Counted from the first letter of the whole stretch, positions 36,341 to 50,637 are shown. The stretch is DNA of 63,050 bases, filler included, from Reticulomyxa filosa (GCA_000512085.1; 17 parts of 17 records of this genome joined end to end with filler, not necessarily neighbours in it); one strand, 5' to 3'. Numbers and translations are program-made. The notes: generated by a model not told the origin, from the letters alone.

Positions 36341-36959
36341 TGATTTCGCCTTCGTTTTCACTAGTTGATACTACTCCTCGAGGCATCTATTCACTTCAGG
36401 ATTAGTCACCGCTTCTTTATGATAAATTTTTTTTTTAGCAAGAAAGTTAAAATTAGCACCTCATCCCAAATGGAACACAGTGCTCTAATAAAAACAAACA
36501 AAAACTGGAAAANNNNNNNNNNNNNNNNNNNNNNNNNNNNNNNNNNNNNNNNNNNNTTAATTAATTAANNNNNNNNNNNNNNNNNNNNNNNNNNNNNNNN
36601 NNNNNNNNNNNNATTAACACACATACTTTCACATTATTGCATAAAAAAAGCCAAAAAAAAGAATTTTTAAATATATTCATACATATATGTATGTATACAT
36701 ATACATATATGTATAAATATAGTTGTTATTTGTTTTGTGTGTGGAAAGGTGTTTATATTGCATTGCATGACTTGCGCAAAAACGAGTAAAAGTTCGATAG
36801 ACATTCAAATGGAAAAAGCCGCAGGAAAAACGAAGATGATTGAAATGCTACAGTTTTTGGTGAAAGACTTTGTATTTGAAAGGGCTTGAGCTGTACGGAT
36901 CAGTGAGGGAAAATGAAAGGGCCATCGAGTGGGCAAAGACAATTTGCGAAAGAGTAGTA

Positions 36960-37556
36960 CTATGATTTGATCGGCCAAGACATTGGAAAACTCGTCATTG
37001 GGTCGGAAATGTACTCTTCTTTCGCAAACGAAGTTCAACCCAGTGAGTACTTGCTCACGAATCATGTCAATGCCTTGCATCTGTTGATCACGGTCTTGAA
37101 CAATTATGAAAGAGAGGTGTCGTCCAATTCCAATTTGAAGACTTGGTTAAATATGATCTCAATGTCGTCGATGCTGGAAATCAAACATTGAAAACAAAGC
37201 CAAATGAACCGATCGCCACTCAGGTGACTCCCAAATATATCCCTGATTATTTGGTTCGATCTTTTGCAAATAGCCAGAATGAAGAAGATTTGAAGGGAGA
37301 AAAGGAGGAGGACATGAAACGACAAAGTGAAAATGACACTGTTGAAAATGATTAAATGGTAAGTAATCAATGGTACTTCTCTTGTGTCAATGACAACGGA
37401 GTGATTTCAAGAAAAACCATCGCCACTTCCAATGATATTGAAAATAATATATTGAATATTGGCATAAAAGTACAACTCGCACTCGTGTCTCCTTCTCTTA
37501 CACCCACAATGCACAATTTTGATTTCATTATTGCTATCAGAAATAATGTTAGTTGA
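36960..37556 (+). CDS. C-terminal part of a hypothetical protein (frameshifted)
   Basis: Consecutive + ORFs with coding-like composition. Confidence 0.35.
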
Positions 37557-38299
37557 TGTCTGGAATCTTGAAGGTAGATCTCCTGGACATTAACCTTCCT
37601 TCTCCTTTTCAACTTCATACAATAGGCAGTTTTCTTTTTTGTATGCTGCTTCTTTTATGTAATTGTTATTTAGAATTCAAATATTTGTTTAACTTGCCTA
37701 AAAAACTTGTTCATTAATTGGACTTTTTTTTTGCAAATTTCAAGTATTGCCGTCAATTCTGCTTTTTCATTCAAAAAACTTTTATAAAACTGTGTTGCCA
37801 TGTTTATCGTAAAAAAAGTTTACATAAAGGAAAATAGAAAAGCTGTGGAATATGCAAAATAAGCAAAAAGTAACATAACAAGTTTATCTTTCAATAAACT
37901 CAAGTTACTAAATCGTAATAATTCAAGCATTATCACTAATGAATACATCAAAAAGTAATTAATGTTTAATCAACATAAAACAAGTCAAAAAACAAAATTA
38001 ATTCCTTAAAGTTATATACGTCTTAATTTGAACAACATTTGTGTCAACGTAATCACACATACTTTGAAAATGGTAAATATTAGGGATAGGGTGTCATTTG
38101 GAGCGTAAGCTAGTGTCCAATTATTTTTTTTGGCATAATTAATAAATGAAAATGTNNNNNNNNNNNNNNNNNNNNNNNNNNNNNNNNNNNNNNNNNNNNT
38201 TAATTAATTAANNNNNNNNNNNNNNNNNNNNNNNNNNNNNNNNNNNNNNNNNNNNATTATCATTTTTTTTTTTTTTTTTTTTTAAGCAAAAACAGAAAA

Positions 38300-39742
38300 T
38301 AAATAAATAAACTGAGGAAAGTGAGCAATGAAATAGCATTGGTTGCATTATAGACGACAGATAAAATGTTCAAGAAAAAGCACATTGCAAAGACGACAAT
38401 TGGGAATAATAAGCCAGTGAGGATCATTGTCAGTTTCCAACCGGTGTTTTCTTTGGTGCTATACTCCAAAAAAGTTTGGGCTGAGGTATAGCCTGCCACC
38501 AAGGACGTGACAGCATATGTCAGCACTGAAGCCGTTGCTATTGTGCCTCGAGTGTCATACAAACGTCCTGTGATCGCCAACAATATTACCAACAGACAAC
38601 TCGTGTACAGTTGGTAGCCAGTTCCAATCAAAGCGGAAAACAGTGGCAAATGATCAGGTGCTCGAAAAACATCTCCATGCAACTTGAGTCATTTTTTTTT
38701 TAATATGTGGTGAAGGTAATAATAAATACATACATATTATTTACATATATATATATATATATGTATATATTATGTATGTATATATATATATATATGTATA
38801 TATACAAAATAAACAAAAGTATATTCAAAACTTTTTTCCATCCGGTTTCTTCCACAACTTTTTCGTACTCTTCGTCTTGCAGAGCGATTTTCTCGTAATC
38901 TTTCTTCAGTGCTCTCAACAGCAGTAACGACACCATTCCGACAAGGAATATCACCAACATGAATGAATTTCCTAATGCAAACCTTTGTTGCCATTGTTTT
39001 ATTTTAGTGTTTCACATTGTTCTGATCTTTATTTTGCTTTGAAATGACACATATGTGTGGAGTTGCTTTTCGCAAGTTGCACTTAACCAGTGTATTTGAT
39101 GCTCAAAGAAATTGAAATCGAGATAGCGATCAAACCTTCGATTGAAGGGAATATCTGTTCTGATCCAATTGACACTATAGGTCATTTTGATGCTTTGAGG
39201 GGCATCTCCACTCTTTTGCTGAACGATCAAGACTGGACTCTCGGAGGTCAAATTCACTTCAATGATTCGATTACCTTTGTATCAATTCAGTCCAACATTT
39301 ATTCAACAAAAAAAAAAAAAGGGGGAGGAGTGCTGCTGTTATAAAAGTGAAAGGGGGCACGAGGGACAAAAAAAAAAAAAAAAAACAACAAAAAAAAAAA
39401 CTCTATACCATTGAAAGAAATGGAAAAAGCCTTATGAGTAAAGATGTGCGGAAAAACTTTGACTTTTTCTCCTGTCATCATATCTACGGCAAAGTTTTCG
39501 TGCAAAACATTGTCCAAATTTGCGTGGTGGTGTTGTGCCGTTTGTTTGGTAAGGGGCAAATACTCTCCTATCATTCCCCAAACGGGCAAATCGTCAACGT
39601 ACATTTGATACCAATACTTGTTTTTTATTGCTCGGATTAAGTTCCTTGACTTGCTCTTGTCTAACGACATTGTGCACTCCACAGATTGTGTTTGATTGTC
39701 ATTGAATCTTATTTCTATGCCACTGTGGACTAAATCATTTCC
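38300..39742 (-). CDS. TM9SF/EMP70 nonaspanin (TM9SF3-like), partial, multi-exon
   Basis: YWYQMYVDDLPVWG, RFDRYLD..FFEHQIHW, FMLVIFLVGMV, EETGWK, HGDVFRAP. Confidence 0.93.
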
Positions 39743-39922
39743 CTTTTTTTTTTTTTTTTTTTTTTTAANNNNNNNNNNNNNNNNNNNNNNNNNNNNNNNN
39801 NNNNNNNNNNNNTTAATTAATTAANNNNNNNNNNNNNNNNNNNNNNNNNNNNNNNNNNNNNNNNNNNNTTTTTTTTTTTTTTTTAAAATCAAATTTATTT
39901 AAAAAAAAAATTGTACTTTCAG

Positions 39923-41365
39923 GACCCGAGTTCCAAGCAGGTGAGTTTGGACACAACGACTATTACCCAGTGATAGTAGCAGCCTGCCAAATGAAAGAAT
40001 TGAGTGGGACCAAGGCATTGCGGAGCAATGGTATTGCACGACGAAATCCGCGGTCGATTGGCGGAAGTGTTTTCATTGAAGTCGTATAAAATCGACCACG
40101 TGGTGCACGGCGCAATTGCGACAGCAGTAGTGTACGGGACATTGCTCGGCGCGAGCGTGGAAGAAATTGAAAGTGCAGTAGGAATGACAGTCGCGCACTA
40201 CATTCCATTCCGCGCCATCCGCGCAGGACATCAATTGTCGGACAGCAAAGGAGCATCAGCAGCCATATCCTCGGAAGTGGCGGCATTATCGGTGCATCGC
40301 GCAATGCGAGGATTCATCGGTCCTCAGGACATTTTCCGCAATCCGCAGTCGATCTTCCGCTTGTTCAAGCCCACGCAAGGCGATAACGAGTCGCCCTTTG
40401 ACTTGGTGCTGAGTCACAGCGGAGAGGACTTTAGTGTGATGGGAATGCACTTCAAATTGGGACTGTACGAACACCAGTCGGCAGGTGCCATCCAGGCGTT
40501 GCTGGACGCTTTGCAACAGGCGCCCGAAATTGCCAAAAATGTCGGCGATTTGAAGGAAATATCCATTCGCATTTACGAACCCGCCTTTGGAATCATTGGC
40601 GACCCGCACAAACGAACGCCGACGACCAGACAGTCGGCTGATCACTCCATGGTTTATATCATCGCTTCCATTTTGAGAAAGGCGTATGCTTTGGGAGTCG
40701 ACCACTTGAAGAGCATCCAACGTGATAATAACAAAATGTGGAAAGACTTGATGTTGTTGCCTTTCGATTATAGCGATGAGGCTTTGTATGATCCCACCAC
40801 CAGAGCCATTATGGACAAAATCGTATTTGAACATGGTGGCAAAGAATACGATGGTGTGTGTGTGTGTACATCTTCTTTTTATTCACATTACTAAATATTT
40901 CATACATCTTTTACATATATACACACAAAATATATATTATATGTATACGTATGTATATTACATGTAAATAACTTTATGCTTTTGTTTGAAAAAAAGGGGG
41001 ACGGCTTTTTCAATGAATAATCTAAACAAATGTAAGTCATCCAAAAAAAAAAAAAAAAAAACAACACCTTTTTAGAAAAATATCCAGAAGGCATCCCCAC
41101 ACGCTTGAGCATCAAAACCATCAAAGAAAGTTACAGCAGTGATCTGGTAATGTTCCCTGGAGGACATGCACGCAATACCACGGCCGATTTGAAGGGCATC
41201 TTGGAATGGAAATGGAAACAAATGGCCAAAATCGCTTTCGGTGATGTTCCCGACAAACAAATCCAAATCCACTTAAATAAATTGAACAATTTAGCCCAAA
41301 AAACTTCCACTGACATTGCTTCTATCTATGACTTGCCTTACAAAACTAGAAACTGGACGCAATGA
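39923..41365 (+). CDS. prpD: 2-methylcitrate dehydratase (MmgE/PrpD family), C-terminal part
   Basis: RAIRAGHQLSDSKGASAA, FKLGLYEHQSAGA, TRQSADHS, YPEGIPT, FPGGHARN; intron about 40854-41075. Confidence 0.9.
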
Positions 41366-41749
41366 TTTTTTTTGTCTTATTTGTTTAAACTTGCTTATTA
41401 GTCAATCTTCATACGCTTTCTTGACAACAATTTCTCATTACACACTTTTTTTTTTTTTTTTTTTGCTGTATTATTCAATTTCTTTATTAGCTGTCACAAG
41501 CTACCAACCTGCAACTTAAAATATAATCTAGAGAATATTGTTGAACTTTCCTTCCGCAGCATTTTTGTTTTGACATGACAACATGTTAAACAAGCTTACT
41601 GATGTGAAACATCTTGAAAAGACCGAATTAATCCCAGTTTTGCAATTAGTTTGCTCTTAAAGTAAAAGAACGGGGTCAGCTTGTTGTAGAAATTGAAATA
41701 TTTGTATTGATCCTTCTTTCTCTCGTCTGCAATTTTCAAAAGAGCAAAA

Positions 41750-42259
41750 ATGTCATCCATCCCACAACGTCTTTCCGAAGTGAAATCCAAAGTATCGGGC
41801 TATATGGGTGTGGAGGAACAAGAACCGTCGTTGGCACAAGAAGTTGAGGGAATGTGCCCTTCTTTGAGTTACACTCAAAGACTTTACGGATTTGGCATAT
41901 GTTTTGTCTGTGGCTGGGTAATTTCGTTTTTATCAATATTAACTGTTCCTGACTTAGCCACCAATCCAGGGCGCTTTGCTATTCTCTATAGTATTGGAAG
42001 CATACTTGGCTTGTGCAGTACATTATTTTTGTGGGGACCTATGAGACAATTCAAGCGAATGTTTGAAAAAACGCGTTTAATTGCAACCATAATATATCTA
42101 TTGGCCATTATCTTAACTATTACTTTGGCAGCTATCCGTGCAAGTCCTATCGCAATTTTGGCTTCCATTTTTTTGCAATTTTTGGCAATGTGCTGGTACT
42201 GTTTATCGTACATACCATTTGCGCGCAGGGTTGTTAAAAGTTTGTTTTGCAATTGGTAA
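41750..42259 (+). CDS. SFT2: SFT2/Got1-family vesicle transport protein (SFT2D-like)
   Basis: LSYTQRLYGFGIC, FAILYSIGS, FLWGPMRQFKRMF..TRL, WYCLSYIPFAR. Confidence 0.93.
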   Translation: MSSIPQRLSEVKSKVSGYMGVEEQEPSLAQEVEGMCPSLSYTQRLYGFGICFVCGWVISFLSILTVPDLATNPGRFAILYSIGSILGLCSTLFLWGPMRQFKRMFEKTRLIATIIYLLAIILTITLAAIRASPIAILASIFLQFLAMCWYCLSYIPFARRVVKSLFCNW

Positions 42260-42727
42260 AGCAATATTTTTTTAATTGTGCCATGTTCGACAGCGTGTTG
42301 AGATGTTTTATCTTCTGTGCTAATATTCTCAAATTAGTTGTGCACATTCGAATACAATAAACAAACGTGACAGTTTTTTAAATTTTTTTCTTTTAATTTT
42401 TACAAATCTATTCAAATTATCGTTTTGGGATAAATAACTGAGAAAAAAAAAAACATAATCCTTGGAATCTTAGACTGTTTTTGGCTGGATCACTCGAATG
42501 AAAAACATAATTTAAAAATATATTTTAAGAATTGCTCGTTTAATTTTATTTTTTCAAATAATTTTTAAAATATAACAAGGCACGAAATAAACAAAAATCT
42601 GCCTTGTTGTTTAAGAAACTTATTTAGTTCAACTTTAGTGCAATTTTTTACTGTAAGAACTTTGGGTTCCCCTTTGTCGCTTTTTCTTGAAAAATATTCG
42701 TTATTATACAAAATCAAACGGAAAAAA

Positions 42728-43503
42728 ATGACTCGTGGATTAGATTCAATGCAAGATTTGGATGCTGCATTGAGCAAATCTCTTGATGAGATCATACATG
42801 ACCGTTAGTTTGTTTAAAAAAGTGGAGAGCGATTAGTTTTTTGACACACTGTGAGAATTGTTGTCTCTATTGGACATAATCGATACAAAAGAAAATGTGT
42901 GTATGATGGGGGGGGGGGGGGGGAAAAAAAAAATAGAAAAAAAAGAAAAGACAAGACAAAGACAAAATACGCAACGCAGAGGCAATCGAACAGCCGGGCG
43001 TAAGGAATCCGGAACGAACTTTGTGAATCGCAATCGTTACAGTGCCGAGAAGAAATCGCTGACGAATAAAAATAGCAACACGAAAAAAAGTCAGGGCAAG
43101 CCCAGAAGGGACCACCCCCCTCGTTCGAATGGACGCTCTAACATAAAACAGCAAGCGATGAAACGCTCTTCCAACCGAACAAATAATACAATCGCCTCGA
43201 CATTGTCCCGGCAATTTGGGGTGCATTTAGAACAAAGAAAACCAAGAAATTCACCTTTACAGGCATGGTTGTTTGTCTTTATACAAACATGCGAAATTGC
43301 GTGACTTTTTTTGGAGAGAAGGATAATTTTAAAATAAAACCTTGCTTTTTTTTTTTTAAAAATTATTATTACTATTTATTTGTATTTGTAATTCCCTCCC
43401 TTATTACAACAAAAAGGCAAGAAGAGAACGGCAAAGTCCTTCAACAACAGGCACTGTTAACGTCTCGGATTTATTACCACACGTCACATCGGACGATATT
43501 AAA
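42728..43503 (+). CDS. ALY/REF (THOC4)-like mRNA export adaptor, N-terminal part
   Basis: LSKSLDEII (UAP56-binding motif), R/G/N-rich linker, RRM start GTVNVSDLLPHVTSDDIK. Confidence 0.7.
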
Positions 43504-43835
43504 GTTTAATCAAAATTGTGGATCTTGCCTAAAACAATAATAATAACACTAACAAAACAAAATTGAAACTTTAAAAAAAAAAAAAANNNNNNNNNNNNNN
43601 NNNNNNNNNNNNNNNNNNNNNNNNNNNNNNTTAATTAATTAANNNNNNNNNNNNNNNNNNNNNNNNNNNNNNNNNNNNNNNNNNNNAATGCAAATTTAAC
43701 AGTGAAAAAGCTTATGTCTAATAAATATCTTTTTCTCAAATAAAATTGGTTCTTTTATTCTTCAATTATACAACAAAACCTCAATGAAAAAAAGTCCTAT
43801 ATGTTTTTTTAATTTGTCCCTATTAACGTTGAATA

Positions 43836-44709
43836 GTAAGGAGGTACATCTTGTGAAAGGAATGGATTTGAAGACATTTTGCAATACCTATCAAGTCCAA
43901 GGATTCTATGAATTCCTGCAGAATAAAAAGCTATCTGTGGATAAACTGCAGCAACACTACCAAAGGGGCCCACAGGATCTGATGTGCGGAAAGATATCTC
44001 CGTTGATTCGTGTATGAAATTATATAATCCCTTGTATTTTTTTTACCAATGGGAGATTGCCAGCGACAACAGCAGGCGGAGGATAATAATAATAATAATG
44101 AGGATGATGATGACGAAGGTATGAGGATGACGATGAAAATGACGACGACGCGCAAAGTGGGGAATTGATGAAAAATAAAACAACAAAAAAAAAAAGCAAA
44201 GTCATGTCTGTATTGCCCATGGAACGCGTGAAAAAAAGAAGTCATTCTTTGCGAGATATGGACAACCAACAATGGTCGGAAATGATCGAAAGACTCCTTT
44301 TTCAAAACAAAGAGCCTGAAAATTTATCGATATGTATATTTGTATACGTATGACATATTGCAAATGGTAACATCCTGGCCGATTTATGCTTATCAAAAAC
44401 AAAACAAAAAAAATAAATCGTTGAAATGGGAAATCTTGAGTAGTTTTTGGGGACAATATTCGTGATATGAAAGCGGAGGTTTGATCGAGTGAGAAAAAGA
44501 GAAAAACAAGGATGAGTGAGTTGGAAGGTAGCAAGTTTGATACCAAAGACAAGGAGGAAGAACACCAGAAATGGATGACCGTATCGGACCCTTCGCAAGT
44601 GAAAAAGTGTGTGTGAAGGAAAAACCGGAAAGCTGCTTGACCACAATTCTATGTTCACACAGCCTACTTCATGTACAAAAAGGAGTGTATTACGAGTTTC
44701 GTATTGCTA
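43836..44709 (+). CDS. Hypothetical protein fragment (multi-exon)
   Basis: Coding-like exons with acidic/Asn tracts between AT-rich introns. Confidence 0.35.
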
Positions 44710-44809
44710 NNNNNNNNNNNNNNNNNNNNNNNNNNNNNNNNNNNNNNNNNNNNTTAATTAATTAANNNNNNNNNNNNNNNNNNNNNNNNNNNNNNNNNNN
44801 NNNNNNNNN

Positions 44810-46713
44810 TCAATCGAGATCGAGATCGAGATCGTGATCGTGATCGTGATCGTGATCGTAGCAATCGCCATTATCACAACTCCATGCCTAAACATAGCCG
44901 CACTCGTAGTCCTGTTCCCAGTGAGGATCGCAGTCGCAATCGTCATCACTACTACCAATCTGACAAGCAGAAAAAGGAGAGAGCATCAAGCAGGGATAAG
45001 GAGAGGAGCAGGGACAAGACCAGAAGTAAGGACAGACATGGGAAACGTGACTCACGTCACGTCGGTAAGAACGACAGTGAAGAGAGAGACAAAAAAGAAC
45101 TGAAGGAACGATCAAGTGGCCTTTGCTCCAAAATTGCACAGAAATTTCGTTTGTCCTTTGCTCCACCGTTGACTGATGTACACAGTCTGTTTCCAACTCT
45201 ATTATATATGTATATATTCTTTGATTACACCATTGCTACGTGAGTAACAATTTTCATTTGTTAATGTGTTTTTTTCTATCTTCTGGTGTGAAGGAAGAGT
45301 TTAAAAAAGTTGACGAAAAGTCTTCTAGAGTAGAGTCTTTGCGACACCAAGAACTGCCCGAGTTGACGACGTTTGAAAAATCTGAACTTCGATTGTTGCA
45401 TACATGTTTCAAGTACTCCTTAGGCCAGGTTACCACTTAAGCTTACGCTTCTTCTCTTCTCTTTTACTTTTAACTTAACACGTCGTGGTAACAAAGAGTT
45501 TGACTGTCGGGGCCCCTTTCATGGAGTAATGATTGCCCCTATGTAACCTTTATGAAACATGTTCCTATTGTCTGCAGTCTATAGGAAGTGGAAAGATTTA
45601 CAGTTATTTCCCTCGGATCATTAATATAAATGCAAGAGGAGATAATGGAAGATGTGGGCTTGGGCATTCGTGCAAGTTATGCGACGTTAAGTATTCTCCA
45701 AATTATCCACATTAAACCCAATATATCTTATTTGATATATGTATATGTGGGGAAACAATAACAATAGGCAAAAGTAGAGGAAGAAAAGGAACAGCAAAAC
45801 AAGGTGAAGAGCGACTCACAAATACTTACGGAATTGATAGTCAGACTGAAAAAAAAACCAGAAGACTATCACGTGACTAAAGGAGAGCTCGGTGAGGGTA
45901 GTGATTTTGTTTCCAAGGTGTATTGGGGCGACAGTTCCAAGCCATTATGTGTTGAAAAAGGTAAATCTAAAAAGCTAGCAGTGGGGAATGCCTGTTCAAG
46001 AGCATTGCAAATATTGCGAGGGCAGCCTTATAACCTGACTACTGACATTAATGGATGCAAACAAGGCATTCCTCTCAGCAAACTAAAATTTGATGGGCAG
46101 ATGATGTCAGACTTTGTCGAGTGCCACTTCCAACATTATTACAAATATGCGAAAACTTCAAAAGAAGATGAAGTACCATTGTTAAAGCCATCCAATCCGC
46201 ACAGGTTTTGTTTTTTAATGTTTATTGTTATTGCGCCCGCAAAAGCGCAACCTACTTGAACATTCAAATAATTTATTTAAAAAAAATAATAGATTGCCCC
46301 CACGTGCGTGTGAGTCGCTTTATATGAGGCGTACAAACAGTATTGATCTAAAAAGTGAACCTTCTATCACAGATATAATCAAAATTACCTCAAACTCTTT
46401 TGGAGACATGAACTCACAAAAGAAAAAATTGCCTCTTCCTTGTCATGAGTTGCTCGATGAAAATTTTAACATTATTGCGGAATATTTTTCTCGAGGTTTG
46501 TTCATTGTGGCTATTTTTATCTTTTGCTTTTCTCTCTTGTTTTCTTTTTTACCTTGCCATTACGTAAGAACAAGCAATTATTTATTTGCTTGCTTGTTCA
46601 TTATAGAGGATGTCCAATTTTGGCATAAAGCAAAAGAAGTTTACACGAAAGAAGAAAGGAACAAAAGAGAAAGGAAAAAATTCGAAAAATATTCGAAAGA
46701 CAAAAAAACGTAA
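44810..46713 (+). CDS. RD/RS-repeat protein with Cys-rich segment and a dsRNA-binding domain (partial)
   Basis: (RD)n at start; SQILTELIVRLKKKPEDYHV..FVSKVYW..EKGKSKKLAVGNACSRALQIL matches the dsRBD pattern. Confidence 0.7.
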
Positions 46714-47027
46714 TTTGATTCCTTTTTTTTAGGTGACTGATATCGGTTTCCGTCAGTAGTTCTTAAAAATTTTGAAATTTTGCTGGACTAACTTTTTTGG
46801 ATTTACATTTGTTATTTTGAAGAAGCAACCAATCCTTTTTTTTGTCGAACTCTGACAAGTGGTAAAATTTTTTTCGCATAAAATAGTAGTCGCGGAATTT
46901 GTATCAGTTTTTTATTCAAAATAATAATTTTTTCTTAGATTTGACAGAAAAAATATTTGTTTTTAGACAAACAGTTACTTTCCTCTTCGGTTCAACAGAA
47001 AACAAAGTTCAGCAAAAAATAGTTGAA

Positions 47028-47972
47028 ATGGTAGATGCAGAGCCTGCAGAGTTCAATGATGGAACTTGGTTGAAAGATACAAGCATAGGTTTTGCTTTTG
47101 TGTTAAGTGATCATGAGGAAAAGGAAGCACTGGAAAATAGACGAGTATTTTTAAGAAAAAGTTACAGGTTGACTTTGGGTTGATTGGACACAATGACAGG
47201 CATTTACAAGATGTTGAATTCAAAGATGCCAAAAAGATATTGTTCGTGAACCCATCAGTTGTTTCAATAATTAATTTTGAAGATGGTATGTAAAGATCAT
47301 TTTTTTTTGGCAAAAAATCCTGGCATACATGGTATTCTACTACATTGTAGAAGTGGAAGAGGTACGCGATGCATTGGATGGGGCTGGCGTTTACGATAAT
47401 GATTTGATATTCTTCCCAATAAATAATTTTTTTGTAACTCAAGGGTTTGTAACACAGTTCCGTGGCAGCCATTGGAGTTTGTTAGTATTTGATCGTTTGT
47501 CAATGACATTTTCTCATTACGACAGTGGTAATCAAAGCAATTACAAAGTTGCTTCTCAATTTGCGGAAAAAATTTCGCCGCATATAGTAAAGATAAAGGC
47601 CACCAGTAATGAAAAAACTGATGAAAAGATAAAACTTTGTCGTCTGATAACAAAGAAGAGAAAAGCGTTGAAGAAAAGACATCCGAAAAAGTAAAAACTG
47701 ATAATGAAAACAACACGAAAGCAGAATCCAAGGTTAAAATTACTGGTGCTTTGACACCACAACAGGCTAATGCTTATGATTGTGGCATGTACGTTATCGA
47801 AGTTGCCAGACGATTGGCTCAAATTTTTGTTGAGTCGGGAAGCATTGGCGAACATCAATTTGTGCAACGCTCCAAATCTGATGGAGATAAAAGGAAGTGG
47901 ATTTCTCCTGAGCATATCACCAGCGAAAGAAAGGCATGGAAGAAAAAGGTGGCTAGCCAAAAAAGCTTGTAA
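47028..47972 (+). CDS. SENP8: SENP8/DEN1 NEDD8-specific protease (Ulp1/C48)
   Basis: FFPINN, GSHWSLLV, HYDS, QQANAYDCGMYV catalytic H/D/C; intron and frameshift. Confidence 0.88.
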
Positions 47973-48346
47973 CATAAATCATTGACAGTCTCGTTATTTT
48001 CTGTTACAAAATTATTATACAAAAAAATAACGAAAACTATTCAAATTTAAAAGATTTTTTCAAAGTTAAAACGACGATTTTAATGGTTCAAAAATTCACA
48101 TTTTTTTGACAATAAACGGTCATATTCATTATTCTTAAAATCATTTGCAACATGAAACATCTTTCTGATGGAACATATTTTCGAGGTATGAAAAAAAAGA
48201 CAAAGATTAAAATTCGTCGGGGTTATCAGTCAATGGTAACTTTGTGCGGCTTTTTATAATAATAACTTAAAAAAAGAAAAAAACCAACGAAAGTTTTAAG
48301 AGCAAAATAAAGTTCATTGTTAAAGAGAAAAGGAGAATTTGTTGAC

Positions 48347-50570
48347 TCAATCCAATTCCAACGTATCTCTTAGATGGTCGACAACATCTTTTGAGTTTTC
48401 GTTTACATTTTGAATTTCAAGCTCTTTTGTAACTGCAGTTTCTGTTTCAGGTGCTTCTAGTCTCAATATCTCCTGATTTTTATCTTTTTCTGGCAAGGAA
48501 ATTGCCTCTGATTCTTCTTCGTCTTCATTATCGTTTTCAGTGTCACTATTGAGACCTTTTTTGAATGGATCTTCAACTGTGTGTTCTAATACTGCACGGA
48601 TTACTGGATGTTGCTTAATCACAATTTTTTCCATAGCCTCAATAGCATCAAATATGTGGGACTTATTGTTTAAGTATTCATAAGCAGACTTGAATTGTAA
48701 GGCAATATCTTTGTCCAATGCATCTAGTCCTGAAAGCGCGTCTACTAAAACACAAATTTGCTTGAAAAACTTCATGCAGCACAAAATGGCTTCTGGTAGT
48801 TTGGTAAACAATGGAAACTTGTTTCGCAAGTAGTTGAGATAGTTTAATAAATTTTTTTCTTTTCGAGTGTTATTTTGATCATTTTTGATGTTTGCCCAAT
48901 TTAAACTTCCAAAATCTCGAACGAACTCTTCGAAAACCACGCCCATGACAATCGAAGATTCTCTTGGTAACTTATTCAAGCTGCAGTTTATATTCACAGA
49001 TACAAAAAAAAAGAAAAGAAAGCCTCTAGGGAATGAGAAAAAGGGGTACAGAAGTCTGAACTTGTCCGCGACAGCATGTAAAAACTTTGGAGATTTGTCC
49101 ACGTTAGGAGAACAATAGATCCAGCACAACACGCTATCAAGCAAGTTTCGAAGTTCTCGATGGTATGAGGTTGACACTTGATTAAATGCGGATAGTTCGT
49201 GAGAGAGTTTGGATCTCCAGCTTTGATTGTGTCGAATGAAGGGATCACAAGGCAAAATAGAACATACTCTAGTGATCAAGCGCATAGCAGCTCTCTTGGT
49301 GACCAATTCTTGATCGATTTCCTTCCATCGATATTTCTTGGATGATATTGAATTTAGATTATACTCACGACCATTTTCATCAATCAGCGTCATACCCTTA
49401 TCGTTCAAGTCACCATGTCGCAGCATTTCCAGAACCACCAATGTCTGTCGCAGAACAAAATAAAGTTTTTTCCACACTATGATAAATTGAAAAAAAAAAA
49501 AATCACAACAATGATATGGAATGAACAAGATTTTCTTGCAACACACACTTCAAATCGGAATTGTTTCACATCTTTGAACACCACTGCAAAAGGTAAAAGC
49601 CCATTCACACTTATATAGCCCAACGCATTGAACAAGCTACAACACAGGCCAGTTAACAGGTGAGGCAGCGAGTCGATTTTCCAATCATCAAACTATTTAA
49701 ATCAAATCAAATTCGAGATGCCGATATATGTATATACATATATGTACATATACATTACATATTATAAATGTATATGCATATGTTTTTTTTTTTTTTTTTT
49801 CTTTCTGTTAAAGACACACCTCTTTGTGATCCGCAGCAGTGTCGTTGTGTTCAGACTTTGTTTCGGTGGGCCATTCGACTTGGGACAAGATTTCAATGGG
49901 AGTGTTGAGCAAGATCGGTTTGGTGAAATAAGATGGATCCACAGCTATACGTTGCTTTACTAGCTTCATGGACTTGAAAAAACTTGCTTCAAAGTCATCG
50001 ATAAAAGATTGATTAAAAAGCAAGTGCACATCACGATTTGAGGCAAACCAACGACGCAATACCTTAATCATTTTGATTTTCAAAAAAAAAAAAAAAAAAT
50101 TATGATTATAAACAGATGTATAAATCAAATAAATATCGATAAATAAACCAAATAAAAAAATTATATACATGTATACGTATATGCATGTATTTATGGAACA
50201 GAGAGAGAGAGAGTGTCGAAGTAACTATATCTTTATTTTTAGGAACATGAAGCGCAATTTTCAAAATATCAATAGCCTTGTTGCGAAGAGAAGTGAGTTG
50301 GTTCATGGCGTGTTCTAGTTCTTTGGAATCCAATAATGGCGTGGTATCCAGTAAATAACCGCCAATAATAGCAGAGGGTAAAAAGGTAGACACAGCCCCT
50401 ACCGCAACCAGGCAATATAGTTCATCAGGGATCTCCGATTGTCTTTTTTTTTCTTCTTTTTTTTCGTGCTCTTCTTTCGACTCTTTTTCATCACTCGAAG
50501 TTATTGCAGGCCACAATTGTGTCAACTCTTGTAAATCATTATTAAGCACACGGAGCAACAAAATTGCAGG
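48347..50570 (-). CDS. Large helical hypothetical protein, C-terminal part (multi-exon)
   Basis: Long ORFs 48347-49546, 49808-50170 and 50106-50561 separated by AT-rich introns; no motif recognised. Confidence 0.6.
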
Positions 50571-50593
50571 TAAGTGCGAAATTCCGACCAGAG

Positions 50594-50637
<44 letters not shown>

